Below, piece after piece: positions 47,629 through 59,400 of a stretch of 64,000 nt of DNA. Where the stretch lies: the NCBI GenBank assembly GCA_963769025.1, contig CAVYKI010000009.1:544001-608000 (forward strand). Direction: 5' to 3'. Numbering within the stretch: position 1 is the stretch's first letter; the number at the start of each line of letters is the position of its first letter. The notes below the pieces were generated by a model that saw only the letters and a list, made by a program, of their open reading frames with translations, was not told the DNA's origin and ran no database searches. A program made the translations under genes and the position numbers. This DNA comes from an uncultured Verrucomicrobiae bacterium. Its GTDB lineage: Bacteria > Verrucomicrobiota > Verrucomicrobiia > Chthoniobacterales > Chthoniobacteraceae.

Positions 47629-48260
47629 TTGCCCTGGTTGTTTCCGATGAGCGCGTAGTAGGTATAGATCTGCACGCCGGTGGTCTTCTGAAACAGGTTG
47701 CGATCCGGGGTGTTCGCATCGGTCGGTGCCGCGGAGACGATCGGGATGTCGCGGTCGCCCGGGTTACGGGCGACTTGCACGGTGGCTTGGGCGACGGCAC
47801 TGCCGAAATCGTTCTTCGTCGGGATCGCAGCGCGGGGGAGAATGCGGATATTGACGTAATAAACCAGACTCACCTTTTGAGCCGCGGAGAGTGTCTTGCC
47901 GTTTGACGGCACAAGCTCGGCGCCCTGTTCGTCGAAATAGCGAAGTGCAGGCGCGCTGATCGAGGGTGCGCGGAAACTGTAGTTCGCCACGCAATAGCTC
48001 TTGCCCGTCGGGTCGGGCGGGAGATTAGCCAAATCGATCACCTCGTTGAATTCCGCCTGCTCGAGGTCGTGCATGATGCGTTGGGCGATCTGGGCCGTGA
48101 CCGAGGTGTCCATGGCTTTCCGGAAATTCGTCATCCCCCCGGGCATCAGCCCCAGCAAAGCCACGAGCGCCACTGCCAGAATTCCGACGGCAATCGCAAC
48201 TTCGATCAGAGAGAAACCTGCTGCATTGCCCTGCCGGGGAGTGAGGGGGGGGCGAGTCAT
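47625..48260 (-). CDS. vccB: Verru_Chthon cassette protein B
   Basis: GFSLIEVAIAVGI...LLGLMPGG, RYFDEQG motif. Confidence 0.9.
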   Translation of the reverse strand: MTRPPLTPRQGNAAGFSLIEVAIAVGILAVALVALLGLMPGGMTNFRKAMDTSVTAQIAQRIMHDLEQAEFNEVIDLANLPPDPTGKSYCVANYSFRAPSISAPALRYFDEQGAELVPSNGKTLSAAQKVSLVYYVNIRILPRAAIPTKNDFGSAVAQATVQVARNPGDRDIPIVSAAPTDANTPDRNLFQKTTGVQIYTYYALIGNNQGK

Positions 48261-48358
48261 GGTGGATTTACAATGTGTTTACACGGATACGCGCCGTTTC
48301 CGGAGCTCGCAAGCAATTTTTTGCCTTTCCTCCAACCATTCCGGCCGGGACGAAATGG

Positions 48359-49099
48359 TTACCCGAGACATGGTTCCGGTTGCAATCCCTCCTGTGGCAC
48401 TTCGGCACCCGAGTCCAGCCAGAGGGCCTGCCGGGAAAAGGGGAATCGTGCGTGCCCATGGCCTGTCCAGCCGGCTTCCCGGGCCAGTTCGGCCATCTCA
48501 TGGAATGAAAAGGCGCGCTCCGCCGAGACCCTCCCGTCGTGGCGCGTCATCGCGTCGCGGTAGATGAACTGTGTGAGCAGCCAGACACCCGCCGTGGTGA
48601 AAGGCGAACGCACGAGATCCGCTGCGAGCACCCATCGCCGCGTCAGCCGGGCGCAGTGCCGCAAAAGCGCGACAGCATCCGAATCGCTGAAATGGTGCAG
48701 TGCCAGCGCGCAGTGGATCATGTCAAATTCCCCGGGCGATCCGTGGCTCAGGGAGTCTCCCTCGACGAAGTGGATCTCATCGTAGCCGGTGCTCAGGCTG
48801 CGCGCGATCTCGAGGGTGGAGGGATTGGAATCCACCGCGGTGATCCGGATCCGGATGCCGTGCGACCTCGCAAAGTCCGCCATCACGCGCGGCAGGTCGC
48901 CAGCCCCCGTGCAAAGATCCAGCACGCGGTAGCTCGCTCCCGGCGACCACCACCGGCGCATGAAATGCCGGAGCAGCCGGTGGCTTCCGAACCAGCGGTT
49001 CAGGCTGACAAGGTTTGCGAGATCGCGCCCCAATTCCTCCGAAATCGGCTGCGGACGATCCATCAGTTCCGGGTCAGTGGGATCGAAACGGCGGGGCAT
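48359..49099 (-). CDS. Class I SAM-dependent methyltransferase
   Basis: ELMDRP...LNRWFG, VLDLCTGAGD, ALHHFSD, DLVRS, HDGRVS..RAF. Confidence 0.85.
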   Translation of the reverse strand: MPRRFDPTDPELMDRPQPISEELGRDLANLVSLNRWFGSHRLLRHFMRRWWSPGASYRVLDLCTGAGDLPRVMADFARSHGIRIRITAVDSNPSTLEIARSLSTGYDEIHFVEGDSLSHGSPGEFDMIHCALALHHFSDSDAVALLRHCARLTRRWVLAADLVRSPFTTAGVWLLTQFIYRDAMTRHDGRVSAERAFSFHEMAELAREAGWTGHGHARFPFSRQALWLDSGAEVPQEGLQPEPCLG

Positions 49100-49238
49100 G
49101 GTTGGGGCGGGGAGTATTCGCGCGGACGTTCTGGGGAGAATTCCGCGCACGGATGCTCGGTTTGCGATAGTGAACGCTATTTCGCCGGGGACCAGCCAGT
49201 GTTTTCCGTGGCGAAAGCAAACACGTCCCTGCATCCGG

Positions 49239-50339
49239 TCACTGCGTTTGCAAGTAGCGGATCAGCATCTTCGCCGTCGGGCTTTTCCCCGAGCGCACAT
49301 AGTATCCGCTCGTCGCCACGGCGATCTGCAGGCTCGCCGCGAGAGCAAGTCCGCGAGTTCGCCCGAGGCAAAAGCCTGCATTGAAGTGATCCCCGGCGCC
49401 GGTCGCGATCTTCGGCTTTGCGCATGCGCGCCCGGCGACATGCGCCGCACCCGTAGCGTCCGCCGCCGCTGCAAAGCGCGTGGGATGGATCACGACTGTA
49501 TCGAGCCCCAGCGCATTCCGGATGCGCGACGCGGCATGGGCCACTGCCTGCCGGGTTTCCTCGATGCCGCCCAAGCCGAGCACGTCCACCACCTGCCGCG
49601 CCTCGCCCAAGTTCATCCCGAGGATCACCCGTGCATGTTTTTCGTAACGGCTGATCAGGCGCAGGACGTTTTTCAGGTCGGCGCGGGATCGTTTTGCGGG
49701 GTCCGCGAGATCAAAAAACATCCAGCGGCGGGGCCCCGTCATTTTCGGGAGGATCCGCGTGAGGATGTTGCGGATGATGCCCGTGAGCTGGCTGAGCATC
49801 GTCCAGTTCACCACGGCGATCAGCTGCGATTCCGAGAGCAGCGCCACGAGCTGCGACTCGGGAATGCACCGGACGAGATTCCGCCAGTTCACCGCGGAGA
49901 GCGCGGAAAGTTTTCCGCAAAGGAGTTTGCCATCCGCGAATTCCAACGCATCCGTCTGTCCCGGATCGGCGAGCGAGATGACGCGTGCGCGCCGTGCGAA
50001 ATCCGCGAACACGGGATGGAGCGCGGGCTCGCCGAGCGCGCCGGCATAGGTCACCTCAAGACCGAGCGCGAGCAGTGCATTGGCCATGATCGGACCGTTC
50101 CCGCCGAGCTTCACGAATTGCGGCACGAGTTCGAAATTCGCGCTCACGCCGGATGCCGCCGCGATGTGTCGCGACCACTCGGCCATCGACTCGAAGCGCT
50201 CGTATTTCTCCGGCGAGCGGCGCGTTTTCACCACGTGGAGAATCGTGTCCACAAATCCGTCGAAGCCGATGAGCGCTTTCATTCCGGGCGGCGATGCGTT
50301 GCGGCGGAGCAGGCTGGCCGTGCGCCTTGGGAGACTCAT
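49239..50339 (-). CDS. PfkB/ribokinase-family carbohydrate kinase-like protein
   Basis: IGFDGFVD, KLGGNGPIMANAL, ALEFADGKL, TGAGDHFNAGF. Confidence 0.85.
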   Translation of the reverse strand: MSLPRRTASLLRRNASPPGMKALIGFDGFVDTILHVVKTRRSPEKYERFESMAEWSRHIAAASGVSANFELVPQFVKLGGNGPIMANALLALGLEVTYAGALGEPALHPVFADFARRARVISLADPGQTDALEFADGKLLCGKLSALSAVNWRNLVRCIPESQLVALLSESQLIAVVNWTMLSQLTGIIRNILTRILPKMTGPRRWMFFDLADPAKRSRADLKNVLRLISRYEKHARVILGMNLGEARQVVDVLGLGGIEETRQAVAHAASRIRNALGLDTVVIHPTRFAAAADATGAAHVAGRACAKPKIATGAGDHFNAGFCLGRTRGLALAASLQIAVATSGYYVRSGKSPTAKMLIRYLQTQ

Positions 50340-50454
50340 GCGCAGTGGTGTATGCACGCGCCGCAGCGGCGTCGCGGAAAAAGTGATCCTCGTTGCGAGC
50401 GCGGTGCGCAGCGGGGTGTCGGTCGGCACGCCGGAGGGCGTGCAAATGTGGCGG

Positions 50455-53400
50455 CTACACGCCGAACGGCACCTTCCTCGGCCTGCGACGCCGCATGATG
50501 CCGAGAAGGCCGACGGCACCAAGCAGCAGCACGCCAGTGCCGGGCTCGGGCACGACGGAGGTCAGGATGATGTCGCCGCCTGCTCCGCCATAGTAATTGA
50601 TCGTGAACCACTGGCCATTGATGTTGGTCGGGACGTTTGGCAGAAACGGAGTCCCGTTCACGTAGAAGGTGCTCGCGTAGAGGTCGCTTTGCTGGCGCGT
50701 CGCATCCGTGATGATCGTGAATACGTCAGGGTTGTTCGGATTCGGGACGAAGCCACCGTAGTTGATGGTGAGATTCGTCGGCGCGGTGATGTTGACCGAC
50801 GGAGTCGCCCCATTGTTGTTCGCGAAGATGAAATCGTAACCGCCGGGATTGCCTTGGCCGGTGGTGCCATGGATGTCGATGGCGAGGGTGCCGCCGCTGA
50901 ATGTGAGTCCTCCGGTGGTGATGGTCGCGGGAGTTCCCGCGAACGGTGTGAGCGTTCCCTGTTGCAGGACGACCCTCCCTGCGACTCCGGAGGTGGTGTT
51001 TCGGAGGTCGAGCGTGCCTCCGCCGGTCTTGGTGAGTGTCCCGCTGCCGGAGAGCGCGCCGCTCACCACCACGGTCCTCGTGGGGTCGACTGAGATATTT
51101 CCGCCGCCACTCCCCATCGTGATGCCCTGGCTGAGCGCGAGAGTGGCATTCCCTGTGAATGCGAGCGTCGCGCCGTTGCTGATGCTGAACTGGTCCGGCA
51201 CCGGGAGGCTCGGGGGCACTGCGCCGAGGCTCGCATCGCTGGGGACGCTGAGGGTTCCGCCCGCGATCGTGGTCTTGCCGGTGTAGCCATTCGTCCCAGT
51301 CAGGAACATCGTGCCGTTTCCGGTCTTGATGATGCCAGCCGGTCCCTTGCCGGCCCCGCTCAGGTCGGAGACGGGACCGGACACTGTGAGCGTGTCGGCC
51401 ATGTTCGCGGTGGTGAAAGTGATGGTGTTCTGCAGCACAAGCGGTGCGGAAATCGTCGGCGTTCCTCCGTTGACGTTCACGGATGGATTCACCGCAGAGC
51501 CATTCGCCACGAGCGTCAGCGAATTGGCGCCGGCACCCTGCGCAATCGTGCCGGTCACGCCATTCAAGTTCACTTGATTGAGGGCCGGGGCAACCGAGTC
51601 GAGGACCACGGGTCCCGTCACGTTGCTGTTGAAGGTGGCGGTGTCATTGATGCTCAGTGATCCGTCGAGGCCGGGATAACCGCCCGGCGAGGTCCACCGG
51701 GTGAAGTCTCCCCAAGCTCCGCTGGCCATCGGCCCCCAGACTCCGATGCCGCTGTACACATTGCCGATCACCGTGATGCTGGCGGAACCGGGCAGCGTCG
51801 GACTGTTCCCGTTCAGCGTGGAATCATCGCCAAATGTGTAGGTGAAACCCTGGCTGATGGGCCCCAGCCCCTGCCCGAGGGCGAGGCTGGCGCTGATGGC
51901 ACCGCTCAGCCCTGCCTGCACTCCGCTCACACTGCTGAGCGAGATAAGGCCGTTCGGCGCTGCGCTGCCTTTCAGGTCCACGCGTGTGCCGGCGACGTTG
52001 GTGACATTCAGCTGGTTGATGCTCGTGACCACGTTGGCGTAGCCTTGGCGGATATTCCCCAGGTTCAGCGTGCCGCCCGTGAACCCTGCGAATGAGGCGT
52101 GATCGAGCACGTCCACGGCCACCGTGCCTATGGCGGGGGACCCGGTGGCGCCGGGCGCGGTGACGGTGAAATTCCCAGTCTGGCCGAGGCCGATCGGGAC
52201 CGCGGTGCTGTCAAAGCTCAGTCCGGTCCCGCTGCCCGTGGTCTGCGCCGAGACGACCACCGGCGTGCTCACCGAGCCTGTGGTCCTGGTACCGGATGTC
52301 GCGGTGAACGAAAGATCGGCACTGCCCGTCGGAGCGGTATTGGCAACTTCGAACGTGAATGGCACGGAGCCTCCGGTGATGACCTGGAGACCACCCGGGG
52401 TCGTCGGCGTTCCGAGCTGCCCAAAACGCTGCAAGTCCACGGAACTCGCATTGTAAACGAGCTGGTAGCCAGTGGGCAGATTGTTCGTGACGCCGCCGGA
52501 GATGTTGCCGCCCGTGGTGATGCCGCCCGTGAACGTGCCGGTCCGAGAGACCGTGGCGTCCATCAGCGTGTATTTTCCCTGATCGGGGGTCGAGAGCAGG
52601 TTGATCGCGAGTTTCGCACCGGTGATGTTCACCGAGCCCACGACCAGGACGCGGTCCTGATTGCCGGCGCCCGCGCCGACGTCGAAGTTGAAGGTGCTGT
52701 TCGCGGAAAGCGTGAGGGTGGTCGGCTGCGGGCTCGCGCCCGAGGGGCCGAACCGCAGCGTGCCCGTGGCGGTCGGACTGAGGCCCGGGTCGAGGAATGT
52801 CCCGCTGTTCAGCGTCACCGAGCCCGGAGTGACATTATTGCCGCCCTGAATCAGGCCGTTGCCGCCCAGCGTCGCCGTGCCATTCACCGTCACTGCGCCG
52901 AAGCCAGTCACCGAGGTCACCACGCTGTTGTTGTTCACGCGCAGCGCCCCCGCGTCCACCGTGGTCGTGCCGCGGTAGGTGTTGAGGCCGCCCAGTGTCA
53001 GTGTTCCGTTTCCGACTTTGATCAGGCTTCCGAGAATGGTGGAGGCGGAATTCGAGATGATGCCCGTGTAGGTTGTCGAAGTGGCGTTCCCGCCGACGGT
53101 GAGCGCCACACCGGCGGGCGCCCCGGCCGAGTTTTGCAGGGCAAAACTTCCGCTTCCCGCGATGGAGCCGATCGTGGCGGTGGTGACCGTCCCGCCGAAG
53201 CTCAATCCGTTCGCATTGTTCACCAGGGAGGCGCCCCCGAGCACGGTGGAGTTCGTTCCGCTGGCGTTGGCAAGCCGCAGCGACCCGGCTCCCGAAGTGG
53301 TGAGCGTCCCCGTGTAGGTGGCCGCGTTGAGGTTGTTTGTCAGGATGACTCTTCCCGTACCGCTTCCGCCGACGCTCAGGGGGCCGTCCCCGGTCAACTG

Positions 53401-56400
53401 CCCATCCACCCACAGATCCTGCCCGGCGGTGGTGGTTGGCGTCAAAGTTCCTCCCGTTCCCGTGGTGACGGTGATCGTGCCCACGGACGATCCGGTGTTG
53501 GCGAGATGCTGGTTGCCGCCGGTGCTCTGAATGGCACCGCCGTTGAGGACGAAGCTGTTCGGGATGTTGAAATTCGTGGTGTTGCTCCCGGGGGCGAAAG
53601 CCAGCACACCGCCGGCATTGATCGTGACCAGGCCGGTCCCGAGGCTGGACTGGTTTTCGCTGGCTCCAGTTCCCATCCGCACCGTCGCGTTGGTGATCGT
53701 CGTGCCGCCGGAAAACGTGTTGGTCGCGGTGATAAGAGTGAGCGTGCCGCCGCCGGTCACCGCGAGGGCAATCTTGCCCGCCGTCCCGCCGCTTCCGGTG
53801 TCCTGGATCGCTCCTGAATAGGTGGTCGTCGTATTCTGATTGACCGTCAGAGTCGAGGTGCTCGATGCCAGCGAGTTCCGGATGATGCCGCCGGTCGTGT
53901 TGCTGCTCAGCGAACTGATCGTCACGCTCTTTCCGTTCAGGTCGAGCGCGCCGGTGTTCACCACGAGCGGATTTGGTCCCGCGACGGGGCCGAGGGCATT
54001 CGTGCTCGCCGCGCCCAGTTGCACGGCGGTGTTCGTCCCATTGCCGGCGATCGTAAAGCCGCCGGTAAAGGCGGAGTTGTCACCGCCGAGAACGACCTTT
54101 CCAGTCGAAGTCGCAGCCGTGGTGATCGAGAGCGCCGAACTGCCGCTCATCGGGGCGGTCACCGTCAGATCGGTCGATGATTGGATGATCCACGCCTGAA
54201 TGCCACCGAGGACCAGGCCGGACGTGCCGATGCTCGCCGACCCCGCACCCGCGAGCATCTGCAGATTGTTGTTGAGCGTGAGGACGTTTGCCCCGCCGAT
54301 GCTGACCGCCCCGACCGTTGCGCTATTGTTGAAGATCAACTGGTCGATCGTGAAATCCTGCCCGAGCGTGGTGGCGGTATTGACGCCGCCGCTCGCCTTG
54401 AAGTTCACGATCGATGTCGCATTCGGGATGTCGTTCGGATCGACCCCGGCGCTCACCGCATCCACCCAGTTCGTGCCGCCCGAATTGGTGTTCCACACGG
54501 TTCCCTGCGCCCCGGTCCAGAAGAAGGTCTGGGTCACGCCGCCGACGATGAGCTGCAGGGAACTGGTGCCGGAGGTGCTCAGTTTCCATCCGTTTGCGAA
54601 GACCAGACCGGTTCCCACGGCACCCCCATTGACCGAGCCCGCTGAAAATGTGCCCGTGTACGTCACCCCGGAAAAGGTGATGAGCGAATAGATGCCGGTC
54701 GCCAGCGAGGTCGTGGGGAGCTGCGTCAGATTCACGATGCCACCTCCGGAGTTCACCAGGAGCTTCGCTGTCCCGGTGATGGAGATACGGTCGGTCGTCG
54801 TGTTCGCGACGTCGAAATTGAGCAGTGCCGCCAAGCCGCCGCCACTGCCGATGGCGAGCGCGTTGCCCGTCCCCTGCGTCGTGAGCGTCAGGGTGCCGAT
54901 GGATCCATTCGTGAGGTCGATCGCGCCGCGCGCCGACCCCCCGCCGCCCGTCCCGCCGTTCACGGTAACACTGGTGAGGCTGACCGAATTGCCAATCGAA
55001 CCGGTGCCGCCGAGCGAGCCTGCAAAGAGGCTGCCGCCGCCCACGATCACGTTGGTATTCGCCAGTGAACCGTTCACGATCAGCTTTCCGGCACTGATGG
55101 TCGTATTCCCGGTGTAGCTGCTCGCCCCGTTGAGCGTCTGCGTGCCGATGCCGACTTTCGTGACCCGCAGATTCCCGACGGTGGCTTCCGTGAGCGTGCC
55201 GTCGAATGTGGCGTTCACGTTGGATGTCGTGTCGCTGGTCGAGGTGCCGCCGATGAAGAGGGTCTGCAAGGCACCCGAATTGGTGACCATTCCTCCGCCA
55301 TTGAGAGCGAGGAGGATCTGGTTGTTCTGGCCGGAGATGTCGTAGGCCGCCCCCTGCGCGACGGTGAGATTCAGGCCGGCCGGGACCGCCGTCGCGGCGC
55401 CGAGCTTGAGGACGCCGCCGTTGACATTGATCGTCGTCGTGGTGGCCGGGGCATACGCATTCGCCCCGTTCGAGAGGACGAGGGTGCCGGCGCCCGTCTT
55501 GTTCAGGGTGAGAGCGGTGCCGCCGCCATTCAGGACGCCGCTGATGGTCGTGGTGTTCAGCAGGCCGTTGACTTCGATTGCGTGGGTGCCGCCGCCGATG
55601 AGCGTGACCGTCCCGGCGAGGATCACGCCGTTGCCAGCCGTCGCCGCACCGTTGCCCAGCGTGCCAAAGACGGCGTTGACGGCGATGTTCACGGCATTGG
55701 AGATCGTGCGCAACGTGCCGTCGCTCAGGAGCGCGGTGCCGTTCGCCATGTTCAGCGGGCCCGTCCCCAGCGGTCCGCTGGTGACGGTGGCGCCGACGGT
55801 GCTCGGCGTGCTGTTTGCGCCGAGGATGATGCTGCCCTCGCTCAGATTCACTCCGCCCGTGAAGGTGTTGCCGGTGAAGGTCAGCGCGCCGGTCGCCGCA
55901 CCGCTTGCGTTGGTGTTGGCACTGAGAGTGATCGTGTTGTTCGCGGTGTTGATCGCGCTAATCACCGTGCCGACCGGGACGTTGAGGCCCGATACGGCCA
56001 TGCCGACCGAGAGGCCGGTCGGATTGCCCATCGTAACCTGGTTGGAACTGTTGGCGGTGGTGCCGGTCAGGGCAAAGGACGGCGTCAGGATCAGTGAGCC
56101 GATCCCGGTTTTCACCAATGTCCCGCCCGACGTGCCCGGCGTGATCGGCACGCTCACCAGCAGACCTTGCGGCGAGGCGCCGGCGGTGGTGATGGTGCTG
56201 TTGGCCAGCACCAGGGTCGAGCCGGTGCCACTGATCACGGGCGTGAACGAGAGGCTGTCGTTGGTGACGCTGATGCCGTTGGTGAGCGTCAGCATCCCGG
56301 CCGTTCCGAGCGCGACCGTCGGGGCGGCGCTGCCACCGATGTTGTTGATGGTGATGTTCCCGAGCGTGTTCGCGCCGAAGAGATTGAAAACGCCGCCGCC

Positions 56401-59400
56401 GTTGATGGTGACGTTGCTCGTGCTGACGATCTGCCCGGAATTGCCGAAGGACAGGGCGATATTGGTTCCTGCGATGACCCCGGCGGCGTTGGTGATCGTG
56501 ATGTTGTTCCCCGCGATGGCCGTAACCGTCGAGCCGACAGGAATGCCATTGCCGATCACCCTCATGCCCAGCGACAGGCCCGTCACGTTGGGAAGCGTGA
56601 TGGTGCCGTTGCCCGCATTCACCGTGGCAGCGGTGATCGCAATATTCTGCGTGGAGACCGTCGCATTGTTGATCTCGATGTTGCCGGGGATCACCGTCGT
56701 CCCTGCCAGGCCGGCGAGGTTCAACGTGCCCTGATTGACGAAGGTTCCGCCGGTGTAGGTGTTGTTCAGCCCGAGGCCGAAACTGATCTGGCTCGCGCCG
56801 CCCGCCGTGGCGTTGCCTCCGTTGATGGTAATGTTGAAGGCGTTGTTGGCCGTGCTGATCGAGGCGATGGTCGCGCCGGCGGGGATGCCAGCACCGATCA
56901 CGGGCATGCCCACGGTGAGGCCGGTGACCGTTTCCAGCGCGATGACATTGGTCCCCTGGATCAAGCCGCCATTCATCACGACTTGCGGAGACAGGGTGAG
57001 CGTGCCGGTTCCGGTCTTTACGAGCGGAACGTCGCCCGTGGTGTTGTTTCCCACCGAGATCGAGCTGCCAAAGATGAGATTCACGCCGTTGGAACTCGAG
57101 GTCACCGGCAGTGACAGGGTGACGTTGGTCCCGCTGATGGAAACAATCTTGGTGCCCGGCTGAATCCCGTTGCCTGTCACCGTCATGCCATTCGCGAGGC
57201 CGGTCGTATTGTTCACCGCAATCACCGTGGCGCCGGCATTGATGGAGCCGCCCCTCATGGCCTCATTGATGCCCAGCCGCGCGAAATTCAGCGTCGCTTG
57301 GAACGCGATGCTCCGGAGGGAGGTCGCGCCTGAGACCGGCGCGCTCAGGGTCGCGGTGTTCCCGGAGATGTTGGTGACGGTCGTGTTGAGGGGGACGCCA
57401 ATGCCGCTGACCACCATGCCCACGGCGAGCGCCGAAATCTGGCCGGGCTGCATGGTGATGAGGTTGCTGTTGTTCCCGGCCGAAAGGATGAACGTCTGAG
57501 GCGCCAGCGTCTGGGTGGCGTTGTTGCTCAGCGTGATCGTGGTGGGCGCCTGCGGAGTGCCGAGTGCGGTGATGATCGTGCCCGCCGGGATGCCCGGCCC
57601 GCTGGCATACATTCCCACTGCGAGGCTGGTGACGTTCGCCAGAAAGACCGCGTTCGACCCGCCTGTCGTGAAGGAATTGGCCTTCTGCAAATCGGTGACC
57701 GTAAAGGTCGCCGCCGGGATGGAGGCCCCGGTGGGTGCCGAGAAGGTGAAGGCCGCCGCAGCCGAGATGGGCACGGTGCTCGCATTCGTCGGGCCGCTTG
57801 GGTTGTTCGGGTTGATGGTCTGCACCACGCCGGGGGCAAAGGGCTGACCGGTGGTGGCGATGGCCGTGATCGTCGCGCCGACCGGGATGCCGGGCCCGCT
57901 GATTGCCTGCCCCACGATGAGCCCCGAGGTGCTCCCGACGGTGACGATATTCGAGAACCCGTCCGTGTTGGCGCTGTAGAGTTGGTTGCCGTTGTTTACG
58001 AGTTGGCTGTTGACGGTGATGGCTCCGCTGCCGGTCGTGGTCACGTAGAGTGTGCCCGGGGCGTTGGCGACACTTCCGGCGGTCAGCCTGCCGCCTTGGA
58101 TGGAGATGGTCTGGCCGGAATTCACCAGCACGCCGCCCGTGGCGATGGACAGCGTGTCGGTGGGAAGGTTGATCGGGACCACCGTCGCGGCACCCGGGTT
58201 GCGGATCGCGAGTGAATTCACCGTGCGCCCGGCAATCGGCAGCACGGAGGCGGTGACGCTGAGATTATCCGCCGCGTGGGCAATGGCCGGCGCGCTGGTC
58301 GAGTAGGTCGGGAAGCCCGCGCTCGTGAAGGCGCCGATGCCCTGCGAACCGGCCACCGGCGAAGAGAGGTATCCCGCGAACTCGGTGCCGCCCACCGTCA
58401 TCCATGCCGGCAGCATGCCGTTCACGAGCAACGAGGCCGGGCTGGCCGCGCCGCCGCCGCTGGGGGTGATGCTGGCGATCTGGACTTGGTTGTTGTTCAG
58501 TCCGCCGCCGCCGAGCGTGCCGTTGGTGGAGGCAAAGCTCACGGTCGCCCCTGGGCTCTGCTGGACGAGCGAGCCGATGCTGATCATCGCCGAGGAGCCG
58601 GCATTTTGAAGGGTGCTCTGGGTGAAGATATTCGCGCCCGAGGCCAGGTTCACGTTGTTGAAGGTCGCGCTCGAATCCACCGAGCCGGCCGAGCTTTGCG
58701 AAACAGTGCCTCCATTCAGCGTCAGGAGGGAGGTGGAGGGAATCCGGATTGGGTTCAACGCCGACGCCGGATTGAGGCCGCCCTGGTTGAGGAACAGCGT
58801 GCCAAAATTCACGTTCACTGCGCTGGTTTCCAGCGTGCCGGAATCGCGCAACTCGAGGGTGCCGCCGCGGATCAGGGTCGTGCCGGTGTAGGTGTTCACG
58901 TTGGTCAGCGTGAGCGTGCTGTTGCCGGAATTGATGAGATTGATCGCGTTGTTCGCGCCCGGGACCCCGGTGCCGATGGAGCCGGAGAATACGGTGCTGG
59001 TGTTGGTCGCGGTCGTCAGGGTCACGGTGACGCCGCCGGAGTTGATGACCGTGCCGCCCGCGCCGGGGAGGGGATTGACGTTGGTGAGGCGTTCGACGAC
59101 CTGGTTGTTGCCGTTCAAGTCAAGCGTGCCGCCATTCAGGAACAGGCCGAGCGCCGTGGCGACGTTCCCGGTCGGCTGGAGGAGGATCGTGTTGTTGCCG
59201 GCGTTCAGCTTGAGCGTGCCGCCATTGATGGTGGTGCCGTTCGTCCCGGCGGTGCCGGTGTAGAACTGCGGTGCGTTCAAGGTGAGCGTGCCGTCGGCCG
59301 CCTTCACGATGCCGGCGTTCCCCGCGGTGATCGATCCGTTCAGATCCAGGTTGGTCGTACCTCCCACCACGTGAAAGTATTGCGTCGCGCCGCTGGGGGA

